Source of the DNA: Terriglobia bacterium | GTDB lineage: Bacteria > Acidobacteriota > UBA6911 | Direction: 5' to 3' | Assembly: GCA_963824985.1 (NCBI GenBank) | Contig: CAWGRQ010000042.1 | Coordinates: forward strand, 9,764-73,763 | Length of the DNA: 64,000 nucleotides | Shown: positions 27,729 through 36,982 of the stretch, piece by piece | Layout of the letters: each line of letters starts with the position of its first letter | How positions within the stretch are numbered: position 1 is the stretch's first letter | Translations under genes and position numbers: made by a program | The notes under the pieces: model-generated | Told to the model about the DNA's origin: nothing | Database searches by the model: none | What the model saw: only the letters and a program-made list of their open reading frames with translations

Positions 27729-30374
27729 GTGCGGATCATTACCAAAACGGCAGCTTATGCCGGCCATCCGCTTTTCGCGGGCCTTGCAGTTCTGATCGGC
27801 TGCGGATGGATGATTTCATTGGGCACTGCTTCAGCCCGATCCCAATCTTACATAAACCGACAGCCCACCACAGCCGCCGCCTTTTCCAGGGATGGGACGC
27901 TCGCAGCGTTTTCACGTTTAGGCACCCTCACTGCGATTGATCTGCCCGGCTGGAAGTCAAGATGGAATGCCGCCGCTCGAGGCGGCTCCATTGCCGCGCT
28001 CGCATTCTCTCACGACGGCAGCCGGCTCGCCGCGGCGATCGGCAACTACGACTCGCGGGGCCAGCCCCTCGATCATTTTGTAAATGTCCAGATTTTTGAC
28101 GCAGTCACAGGTCGCCTGCAAATGGAACGGGTCGATCCCAAGGCGACGATGATCATGGATCTCTCGTTCACATCCGATGGATCGGTTCTGGCCGTCGTAG
28201 GCCACGGCCGGAATGAAATTCTGCTTTGGGATATTACCCGGGACTGGACGACCGTTCTCTCCCGCAGGGAGGAGATCGAGTTCTGCACAGCGATCTTTGA
28301 TCCCTCCGGCGGCTCGTTGGCCTGGGCCATCACTATTCCGGGCACGCCCTCCCGTGAATTTGAGATCCGACTCTTCGATGTCACCAGGCGCACGATGACA
28401 GGAAACGTGGCGCGAGGATCGTCGCCGACCTTGGCTGTTCCGCTCGCCTTTTCGCCGGATGGGGCCAGCCTCGCTTTTGCGATCGAAGATTGGAATCCGC
28501 TTGACACGCAACCTTTGCAGATCGGATTGTTCAGCCTGGCATCTCAAAAGGTCACCCGCAGGATCAGGACTGCGGAGATTGCCGTGGACAGCCTGACGTT
28601 TTCTGCGGATGGCAGGACAATCATGGGGAGCGGATCCGATCTCATTCATGACCGGGTCCGGCCCGCGTCCCGGGTCAGCTACCTGTGTCTCTGGGATGCC
28701 GCCACAGGGAAGCTCCAGAGAAAACTGGAAAGGAAGGACGGGGTTCTGGAGTCCCGGGATCCCTATATAAGACCTGTGCGTGTTCCAGGGCAGGACCTTT
28801 ATGTTTTCCTGGGTTGGATGGGTAATCTGTATTTCTATGACTCCGGCTCGCTCGAGCTGGAAGGGGTGCTATCCGGGTCCTATCACGATGCGAACAATCG
28901 CTTGACTCCAGGGTTCTACCCCAGCGTGAACAGCCGCACCGGCTCTCCAATGACGTCGGAGCTGCGGGACCTGCGGCATGCGGTTTCGGCGCAGCGCGTA
29001 CTGGCGTTTTCCTTCGCTTCCAGGAATCGTATCCTGGCAGCCAACAGCGATGGTGCTCTGTACTCTTGGGATCTGCCGCCGGAGAAGGCGCTCGCCGGGC
29101 CGCGGCTCGATCCCGAATCCGAAGTGATGGCCATTTCCACGGATGCCCGAACGATCGCGGTTTCGCTCAAAGCCAAAGCCGGCATCGCCATCGTCGATGC
29201 GGTCTCGGGGACGACATCCCGGGAGTTGCCGGCGTTTTCTGATCCGGCACGGGCTCTGGCCTTTGCTCCGGACGGAGAGTGGCTGGCCGGGGCGGCCGCG
29301 GACGGCACGATCCGGCTCTGGAGCACGAGGAACTGGCAGGCACACGCCGCGTTGACTGCACACCAGGGTGCAGTCAAAACATTGGCATTTTCGCGCGACA
29401 GCTCGCTGCTGGCAAGCGGTGGCGATGATCACGCCATCCGTGTATGGGAGGTTAAGTCTGGTTCATTGGTTTCGACTCTCCCGGGGCACGAGCAGGCGGT
29501 GAGTACCGTGGTTTTTGGAGCCCAAAACAGCACTCTGGCCAGCGCATCTGCGTCTGATTCCTCTGTCATTTTATGGAAGCTGGGTTTTCCTGCGAACCGG
29601 ATCAACATGCGCGGGCATTCGGGTTCGATGCGCGGCCTGGCCTTCTCCCCGGATGGCTCGAGCCTGGTCGGAGTTGGCGACGAGATGATTTGCCTGTGGG
29701 ATCCTGCCTCCGGAAAGTTGACCCGGCGGCTGGCGGAACGGGGTGCGCCAGGCCCGGTTGATTCTCTGCGCAGCAACGTTGTCCGCTTTGAAGATACCAT
29801 GACCCTGGTTGCCTATTCGTCCGATGGGGCTTCTGTAATCTGCGGCGGCTTCAACAACACCCTCCTCCTCTGGGATGTCGCAAACTGGACGAATCCGTTT
29901 CGCATGACGATTCCGATTCAACAAACGTCATCTTCTGGGAGCGGCCCCGGCCCCAGCACGGCAACAAAGGGTGAAATGCAGAAGCTTGATTTCAGCGGCT
30001 CGTGGTTGCTTAACACGGACAGATCAGGCAGCGCTCTTGAACCCAGGCTCCCCTTCATGGCCAACGAACCTATCGTCATCCGGTTGACTGAAACCGAGAT
30101 CGAAGTTTTTCAACCCATGGCGCCGCCGGATCTTAGGGAGGGAAAGTACATCCTCGACGGCAACGTCCATGTGCGCGCGGTAAGGGGTGTTGAACTGCCG
30201 TACAAAGCATACAGGAAAAATGAAGGCCTGATAATTGAAGATAGTCTGCAGGACGGCGCGCAAAGAACGAGGCAATATACTCTGTCCGCGGACGGAATGA
30301 CCTTAACCATGGTCTATACGATCCGCAACCAGAATGGTGAATCGACGCTGACGAAGGTATACGACAGAAAGTAG
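27729..30374 (+). CDS. WD40-repeat protein with N-terminal signal/anchor and a small C-terminal beta-barrel-like domain
   Basis: Many WD40 units (e.g. GHQGAVKTLAFSRDSSLLASGGDDHAIRVWEV, GHEQAVSTVVF...). GTG start preceded by GGAGGA. Confidence 0.8.
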   Translation: MRIITKTAAYAGHPLFAGLAVLIGCGWMISLGTASARSQSYINRQPTTAAAFSRDGTLAAFSRLGTLTAIDLPGWKSRWNAAARGGSIAALAFSHDGSRLAAAIGNYDSRGQPLDHFVNVQIFDAVTGRLQMERVDPKATMIMDLSFTSDGSVLAVVGHGRNEILLWDITRDWTTVLSRREEIEFCTAIFDPSGGSLAWAITIPGTPSREFEIRLFDVTRRTMTGNVARGSSPTLAVPLAFSPDGASLAFAIEDWNPLDTQPLQIGLFSLASQKVTRRIRTAEIAVDSLTFSADGRTIMGSGSDLIHDRVRPASRVSYLCLWDAATGKLQRKLERKDGVLESRDPYIRPVRVPGQDLYVFLGWMGNLYFYDSGSLELEGVLSGSYHDANNRLTPGFYPSVNSRTGSPMTSELRDLRHAVSAQRVLAFSFASRNRILAANSDGALYSWDLPPEKALAGPRLDPESEVMAISTDARTIAVSLKAKAGIAIVDAVSGTTSRELPAFSDPARALAFAPDGEWLAGAAADGTIRLWSTRNWQAHAALTAHQGAVKTLAFSRDSSLLASGGDDHAIRVWEVKSGSLVSTLPGHEQAVSTVVFGAQNSTLASASASDSSVILWKLGFPANRINMRGHSGSMRGLAFSPDGSSLVGVGDEMICLWDPASGKLTRRLAERGAPGPVDSLRSNVVRFEDTMTLVAYSSDGASVICGGFNNTLLLWDVANWTNPFRMTIPIQQTSSSGSGPGPSTATKGEMQKLDFSGSWLLNTDRSGSALEPRLPFMANEPIVIRLTETEIEVFQPMAPPDLREGKYILDGNVHVRAVRGVELPYKAYRKNEGLIIEDSLQDGAQRTRQYTLSADGMTLTMVYTIRNQNGESTLTKVYDRK

Positions 30375-30494
30375 TAAATTCGTGGCCACCTGTCAAAAGG
30401 AAGAATGAGCTGCCGGTTGGCAGCTGCCCCACTGCGTGATAGCATTCCCTCCGGCTTCTGACAAGGAGCAATCTGTCAACTTCCCGGCTTATGC

Positions 30495-30541
30495 CAGACT
30501 ACCGTTGAATTTTACGCCTGAATCGCGTCGCCGGGGTCCGC
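30495..30541 (+). repeat. 47-nt dispersed repeat, copy 2
   Basis: cagactaccgttgaattttacgcctgaatcgcgtcgccggggtccgc; see 20928-20974. Confidence 0.8.
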
Positions 30542-30605
30542 CTGCTGATTCATCGCCGTCCGGGAGAGTCCCCTGCCTCCGGCAGAACCGGTTATGGGAT
30601 GAGGT

Positions 30606-33317
30606 TCAATCCAGGCCGGGCATGCGCCGGATGCTTGCCCGCTTGGTCCATTTTTTATCGCCGATCTCGAGCATAACGACGTAGTCGCCCGGCGGAACCG
30701 ACCGCGCCGCCCCTCGTCCTCCCGCTCCTCCGCGGCCCTGAGCCTGAGGCGCGGCATTCTGCCCCTGGGTGCGCCGCATGTCCCAAAGGGTCGAATTCAA
30801 GCCCGCGGCACCCTTGCCCTCGATCAGGGCCATCTCCTCGCCGTAGGGATCCGTAATGCGGATCGTGACTTTACCCGCTGCCGGTTTTTTCAGGAAGTAA
30901 TGGATCATGAGCCCGTTGGGCTCGTTGGGGGCGGCGAACTGCCTCTCCCCCTGGTTGCCGGTCATTCCCGTGCGCCGCACGGCCCACTGAATCTTGCTCT
31001 CGATGTCGAAGAGGTACGTCTCCTCCTGCCAGAATTTGTCCCTCATCTCCTGGAGGGGCGTGATGTCGGCGATGAAGATCCCGCGGCCGTGCGTCGCCAC
31101 CACCAGATCGTTGTCCCGCGGATGGATCAGGAGGTCCGTGACGAGGGCGTTGGCAGGCAGGTTCGAACCGAACGGCGACCAGGTCTTGCCGCCGTCAAGG
31201 GTGACAAAGACGCCCATCTCGGTGCCGGCAAACAGCAAGTCGGGGTTCTTGCGGTCCTCGGCAATGACATAGACGAGGCCTTCGGGAAGATCGCCGGTGA
31301 CCGAAACCCAGGTCTTGCCGAAATCTTCGGTCCGGAATACGTAGGGCTTGTACACATCACGATGCCATCCGGCCTTGGTCACGTAGGCCGTGCCCTCCTT
31401 GTGAGGGGAGGCGAACACGCGTGTCACGTAGTAGTCCGCGGGTGCGCCCGCCGCCGCGAGGCTCGCCGTCGTGTCGGTCCACGCTGCACTCCCGTTCCGC
31501 GTCACCTGGACCTTGCCGTCGTCGTTCCCGCCCAGATGATGCCGGGCGTGACCGGCGACTCTGCGATGGTGGTCAGCGTGCAGAACTCGATGTTGCCCTT
31601 GAGCTTCACCGGGTCGTTCGTCGTGAGGTCGGGGCTGATCTCCTGCCAGGTGTCGCCGCGATTCACCGAACGGAGAAGCACCTGCGCGCCGATAGAAAGT
31701 GTACGGCTGTTGTGCGGCGAGAGCACAATCGGCGCCGTCCAGTTGAAGCGCAGGGCCGGCTCCCGGCGGGCCGGGTCGGCCGGATGCTCCGGCAGGTGCC
31801 GGTCCTCTGGTCGACGCGCTGGATCGAGCCGTTCTGGGACTCGTTGTACAGCCAGCGGCAGTCCTCGGGATCGACGACGTTGACCATGCCGTCGCCGCCG
31901 CCCACCATCGTCCAGTCGTCGCGGGTGATTTCGCCGGACGGACCGTTCGACGGGATCTTCACCGAGCCGTTGTCCTGGAGGCCGCCGTAGATGTTGTAGG
32001 GCTCGTCCATGTCGACGCCGATCGCGTAGTACTGCGCGAGCGGCAGGTGGTCGAACACGTCCCAGGTCTCGCCGAAATCGTACGACACGGCCAGGCCGCC
32101 GTCGCTGCCGAGGATCAGGTGGTTCGAGTTGCGCGGGTCGATCCAGAAGGCGTGGTAGTCGACATGAAAGGAACCGGCGATGTTGCCGGGCCCGTTCTGG
32201 CCCCACGTCTTCCCGCCGTCGAGCGAGCGGTAGAAGCTGACGTTCGGCACGTAGACGATCTTGTCGTTGTTCGGATCGACGTAGATCCAGCCGTACCACT
32301 TGCCGCCGCCGATGCTGTCCTCGGTCCGAGTTCATCTTCGTCCAGGTCTCGCCGCCGTCCTCGGACCGGTAGACCTCGCCGCCGATCGGCCCGGCCCCGG
32401 GCCGCACCCTGGCGCCCGCGCCGGCGCCTGCGCGGCTTCGCCGGCCGCGGCCGGCCGCACGTTCTGGTTGTCGATCACCGCGTACACGATGCGCGGGTTC
32501 TTCGGATAAATAGCCAACCCAAGCGCGCGAGCTTGCCGGAGGGCAGACCGCCCGCGAGCCGTTTCCACGTCTTGCCGGCGTCTTTGGACCGGTAGATGGC
32601 GGTTTCAGGGCCGCCCTCGTCGAAGTTCCAGGGGATGCGCTGCTTGTCGTAGGTGACGGCGAACACGGTGTCGGGATTCTGCGGGTCGATGACGACATCC
32701 ACCACGCCGATCTTGTCGCGATATGAACAGGACCTTCGCCCAGTTCTTGCCGCCGTCGACCGTCTTGTAGAGCCCGCGCTCGGGCCGTTGAAAGAGAAAT
32801 GATAGCCGACGGCCGCCACGTAGACGATGTTCGGATTCCGCGGGTCGATGGCAATCGCGGCCGATGTGGCGCGTCTCGGTCAGGCCCATGTGCGTCCAGG
32901 TCTTGCCGGCATCGGTGGACTTCCAGACGCCGAACCCGCGCAGGGAATGCGTCCCGACGCGGCGTCGCCGGTGCCGACCCAGAGCACATTCGGGATCGGA
33001 CGGCGCCAGCGCGGCATGCCCGATCGACACCATGCTCTTGTCGGGCAGCACCGAGTCGAAGGTCGTCCCGTTGTTCGTCGTCTTCCACAGACCGCCGGTG
33101 GATGGCACTATGTAGAAGGTGTAGGGATCCTTTCGTTCACCACCACGTGCAGGACGCGGCCGTTCTGCCGGGCCGGCCCGAGCGCGCGGAATGAAAAGGA
33201 CTTCATGATGTCTGTAATGCCGGTATCCTGAGGCTCTGCAGCAGGCGCGATCGCAAATGCGGTCGCGATCAGCAGGGCAATTCCAAGAGTGCGGATTGAT
33301 TTCAGGTTGATGGACAT
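30606..33317 (-). pseudogene. BNR/Asp-box repeat VPS10/sortilin-like secreted protein, heavily frameshifted
   Basis: Signal peptide MSINLKSIRTLGIALLIATAFA. At least 9 Asp-boxes (STDAGKTW, TVDGGKNW, SKDAGKTW, SEDGGETW, SLDGGKTW, SYDFGETW, SVNRGDTW, TEDFGKTW, TLDGGKTW) are spread over all three minus frames. Confidence 0.8.
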
Positions 33318-33518
33318 GTTCCCTCGCAAAATGAGCCCGTGTGCGGGCCAGGCAAGAAATGCGGACGATCGACGGCACCTCCGGCGGCATGATAAATTCA
33401 AGCGGTCAGATAGCCGGTGCGGCGCCACCGGGTACGGTTCATATCACAAAAGCCGCAAGTGTCACAATAGGGCCGTGATCTGCAAAGAGTGAAGTGCAGG
33501 GTACATTCCGGATTGCAT

Positions 33519-33748
33519 CCAAAATAGCCGTATACAGCAAAATCAAACCACTCGAGCGCATTCCCGGTCAGGCCCGCCAATGCGGTGCGAAGTGCGGATT
33601 GCCGCGTAATCGGCAGGTCAACCGGAGCTGTTTTGGAAATCTCGGCCATTCAGTGCACCCCCTGGAAAATAACGCGCATTGTAGCCCATGAGGTGAGCGA
33701 TCAACTGCACAAAACGAGGACATACCGGAATGGGGATGCCAGCGCATC
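33519..33748. repeat. Copy 2 of the 230-bp direct repeat
   Basis: See 11569-11798. Confidence 0.9.
33520..33649 (-). pseudogene. 5' stub (about 43 codons) of an MFS/MHS transporter gene
   Basis: MAEISKTAPVDLPITRQSALRTALAGLTGNALEWFDFAVYGYF parallels the N-terminus of the gene at 10401-11699, then diverges. Confidence 0.85.
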
Positions 33749-33954
33749 GGCGACGTGCTGGCCGGGGCTGGAGGCAAGCGCCGGGGCGGTGGCCCGGGTG
33801 TTGCACGAGGCCGACTCCGAACTGGCGATGGCTGCCGGCCAGGACGGCAATCCTTCACGCCGATGTTTCGCAGGTGATATCCTCACCTTCTTCCCCTATC
33901 ATGTAGGGAATCAGTCCGTGCAACAGCTCTTTTCTTTTGCACGCGGAGGGAACC

Positions 33955-35640
33955 ATGTCGGGGAAAGCTACGTCTTGTTTCGGCGCGGTGGTTTTGGCAT
34001 TTCTGGCATCGGTTTGGCTGATGGCGTGTGAGTCGCGCCCTCGCGCCGAACGGATCTATGCTAATGGACATATCGTCACCATGGACGACTCACTTCCGGC
34101 AGCCGAAGCGTTCGCAGTTGGTGAAGGGAAGATTGCCGCCATCGGCACCAGCGACGAGCTACGACGCGCATATCCCAATGTCGGTCTGGAGGACCTGCGG
34201 GGCCGGACCGTAATGCCCGGAATCGTTGAATCCCACGTCCACCTGCTCAGCCTGGGCCAGAGCTTCCTCGAGCTGAACATCGAGGCAATCAAGACTCCGG
34301 AAGCCGTGGTGCAACGCGTGAAGGAACGCGCCTCCCAGACGCCGGCTGGCGAATGGATTACCGGGTGGGGATGGGATGAAGGCGCATGGGCCAAGGAGTA
34401 TCCCACCAATGAACAGCTCAGCCGTGCAGCGCCGGACAATCCCGTCTGGCTCAGAGGACTGCATGGTTTTGCCGGTTGGGCGAATGCCAAAGCGCTGGAG
34501 ATCGCCGGGATTTCCCGTGACACGCCGAATCCGCCCAACGGGGAGATCCTCAAGAATTCCAAGACAGGCAAGCCGACTGGCATCCTGAGGGGCGATGCCC
34601 AGCAACTGCTTACGCGGCACATTGCGCCGCTTTCCCCCTCTATGATGGAAAAAGCGCTTGCCCTGGCCGGAGAAGAGTGCCTGAAGTACGGCTTGACGAC
34701 CGTCCATGAAGCGAATGTGACGAGGCCGATGCTGCAGGCGCTCCGATCGCTGGCAGCCAGTCGGCAGCTCAAGACCCGAGTCTATGCCATGCTCGACGCC
34801 ACGGATTCCGAGCTAATCGAGCCCTTCCTGCAGCGCGGACCGGAACTGGATCCGGCACATTGGCTGACGATCCGTTGCATCAAGATTTTCGCGGACGGCG
34901 CCCTCGGCTCGCGCGGCGCAGCGCTTTTTGAACCATATTCGGATGCGCCCGGGAGTCGCGGGCAACTGACCACTTCCCAGGAGGATATCTATCGTCTGAC
35001 ATCCAGGGCGTTGAAGGCGGGCCTCCAGGTGGCGGTGCACGCGATTGGCGACCGCGCCAACCGGATCACGCTCGACGCCTATCAGGCTGCTCTCAAGGAA
35101 TCGCCTCAGCTCAAAGATCATCGGCTGCGGATCGAACACGCCCAGGTCGTGGCAATCCAGGACATCGCGAGGTTTGCCGCGCTCGGGATTATTTCCAGCA
35201 TGCAGCCGCCGCATTGCACCTCAGACATGCCGTGGGCGGAGGACCGTGTAGGCCCCGAACGCATCAAAGGCGCTTATGCCTGGCGTTCCTTCCTGAATGC
35301 AGGCGTCCGGGTGCCCCTCAACTCCGATTTTCCGGGAGAAACCCCGAACCCGTTCTGGGGGATGTACGCCGCGGAGACGCGGCAATCTCCTGAGGGCAAA
35401 CCCGACGGCGGCTGGCACCCGGAGCAGCGCCTCGCCAGGCAGGAAACCCTGCGCGGTTACACGACCGCTTCCGCCTACGCGGGATTCGAGGAAAGTTTCC
35501 TGGGCCGCATTGCTCCCGGCATGCTGGCTGATTTCATTGTCATTTCCGACGATATTCTGAGCGTGCCGCCACAATCCCTCCTGACCCTCAAAGTGGAAGA
35601 AACCTATATCGGCGGCCAGCGGGTCTTCCGCAGGCAGTAG
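33955..35640 (+). CDS. Amidohydrolase family (Amidohydro_3-type metal-dependent hydrolase), lipoprotein-like signal
   Basis: MPGIVESHVHLL metal-binding HxH block, VAVHAIGDRA, IEHAQV, NSDFP. N-terminus ...FLASVWLMAC has a lipobox-like Cys. ATG 33955 is preceded by GGAGGG. Confidence 0.8.
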   Translation: MSGKATSCFGAVVLAFLASVWLMACESRPRAERIYANGHIVTMDDSLPAAEAFAVGEGKIAAIGTSDELRRAYPNVGLEDLRGRTVMPGIVESHVHLLSLGQSFLELNIEAIKTPEAVVQRVKERASQTPAGEWITGWGWDEGAWAKEYPTNEQLSRAAPDNPVWLRGLHGFAGWANAKALEIAGISRDTPNPPNGEILKNSKTGKPTGILRGDAQQLLTRHIAPLSPSMMEKALALAGEECLKYGLTTVHEANVTRPMLQALRSLAASRQLKTRVYAMLDATDSELIEPFLQRGPELDPAHWLTIRCIKIFADGALGSRGAALFEPYSDAPGSRGQLTTSQEDIYRLTSRALKAGLQVAVHAIGDRANRITLDAYQAALKESPQLKDHRLRIEHAQVVAIQDIARFAALGIISSMQPPHCTSDMPWAEDRVGPERIKGAYAWRSFLNAGVRVPLNSDFPGETPNPFWGMYAAETRQSPEGKPDGGWHPEQRLARQETLRGYTTASAYAGFEESFLGRIAPGMLADFIVISDDILSVPPQSLLTLKVEETYIGGQRVFRRQ

Positions 35641-35797
35641 GGAACTCTGATTTACGGCAGTGTGAGTTAAGAAACAGGATGGGGTCGGACCACGCTTATT
35701 CTTGAACTTGTCGAGTTTATGTTGCCCTGGACTCCTTAACCTGGGGCTTGTCCGCCCTCAAGCCGGAATTCAACTCCGGTCTGGGGCGGAACTCTGG

Positions 35798-36470
35798 CTA
35801 CTTCTGGCGCCACGCGTAGGGGAAGTATTCCGGCAGCGCCTGGATGCCATCAAGCATCTGGCCATCGCCGGATGCACTCACGGTGAAGCCAAGCAGTTTT
35901 TTATCGGAACGAAACTTGAAATATTTCGCTCTGCCGATATCGGTTTGAAACACCTGATTCACCATGCCGACAATCTTCTTTCCGGCAGGAACGGTTATGG
36001 ACTGACTGGCAACTTCGCTGCCATTGTCGTCATATGCTTTCAGGATCACATGAGCGCTCTCCGAGTCGACATTCACAAATGCGATGCCGGTCCATCCGTC
36101 CTGCTCGATCTTCGGGAACCATCCTTCTCTGCCGCCCGCTGCGGCCGGCAAGGTGGCGCGATATGCCGGCTGTGAAAAACGGGTGTAGCCGCTGATGAAA
36201 CCTGAATCACAATGAAACGCGAGATAGGCGACGTCCTGCGGATGCGCAAAAAAACTGCTGGCACGAATTTCCCGGCGTCCTCCCGGGGGCAAGGTAATAA
36301 CGAAACTCTCCAGGCCGGGCCGCCTTCCGCGCTGAAGGCCTGCAGGATACCTTGAACCGCGATTGCGTCGGAGCTGTTCAGCAGCGCGATTTCGGTTTCC
36401 CAGCCCGCATAGGCGGCGACATGCGGGAAGTAGAGCGTGAAAGCCGCGGGCTTGGGGAGCGGCGGCGGGG
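35798..36470 (-). pseudogene. Secreted FPQ/FPHV-module protein with at least one frame change (N-terminal region 36470-36980 unresolved)
   Basis: LYFPHVAAYAGWETEIALLNSSD... is in one frame; LESFVITLPPGG...GWTGIAFVNVDSESAHVILKAYDDNGSEV...GFTVSASGDGQMLDGIQALP is in another. The switch is near 36320. Confidence 0.55.
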
Positions 36471-36982
36471 GCGGGGTTGCTCGATTGCGTTCGAAAAACT
36501 CCTTCTAACCAAGGCGCATGCCGGCGGGGCGCAGGTCGCCGGCAGTGTTCCCACGCCCGGCGCGCCCAATAAATATTTCAGGAAGGGGCCAAGCGCGAAG
36601 AAGTAGCCGCGCGCGGCTCGATGCTCAGCTGGCGCGCATCGCCGACCATGACGGCAATGGTGCGCCAGGGCTGCACGGGGCCAGTGGACCAGCTGCCAGG
36701 CCAAAGGCTCTGTCCTTTTCGGAGAAAAACTCACCTCAGAGAACCTGGCCCCCGTCCCGCATCGCCGCTCTCACTTTTCCCATCGCCCGCGTCCTGCGTG
36801 GTCTGATCGAAGGCGACCGCAAGCTGCTCGGCCTGCTGTCCCAAACCGCCGGCGCGGCGATTTCGGCGTGCGGCAAAACCGCGCGCGGATCAATAAAGGC
36901 ATGAGACAGGTCAACCAAAGGCATCGCGTGTCTTTCTGCGAGCGCTTTGGAGAACAGGAATAGAGAAATTAGCATCGCATGA

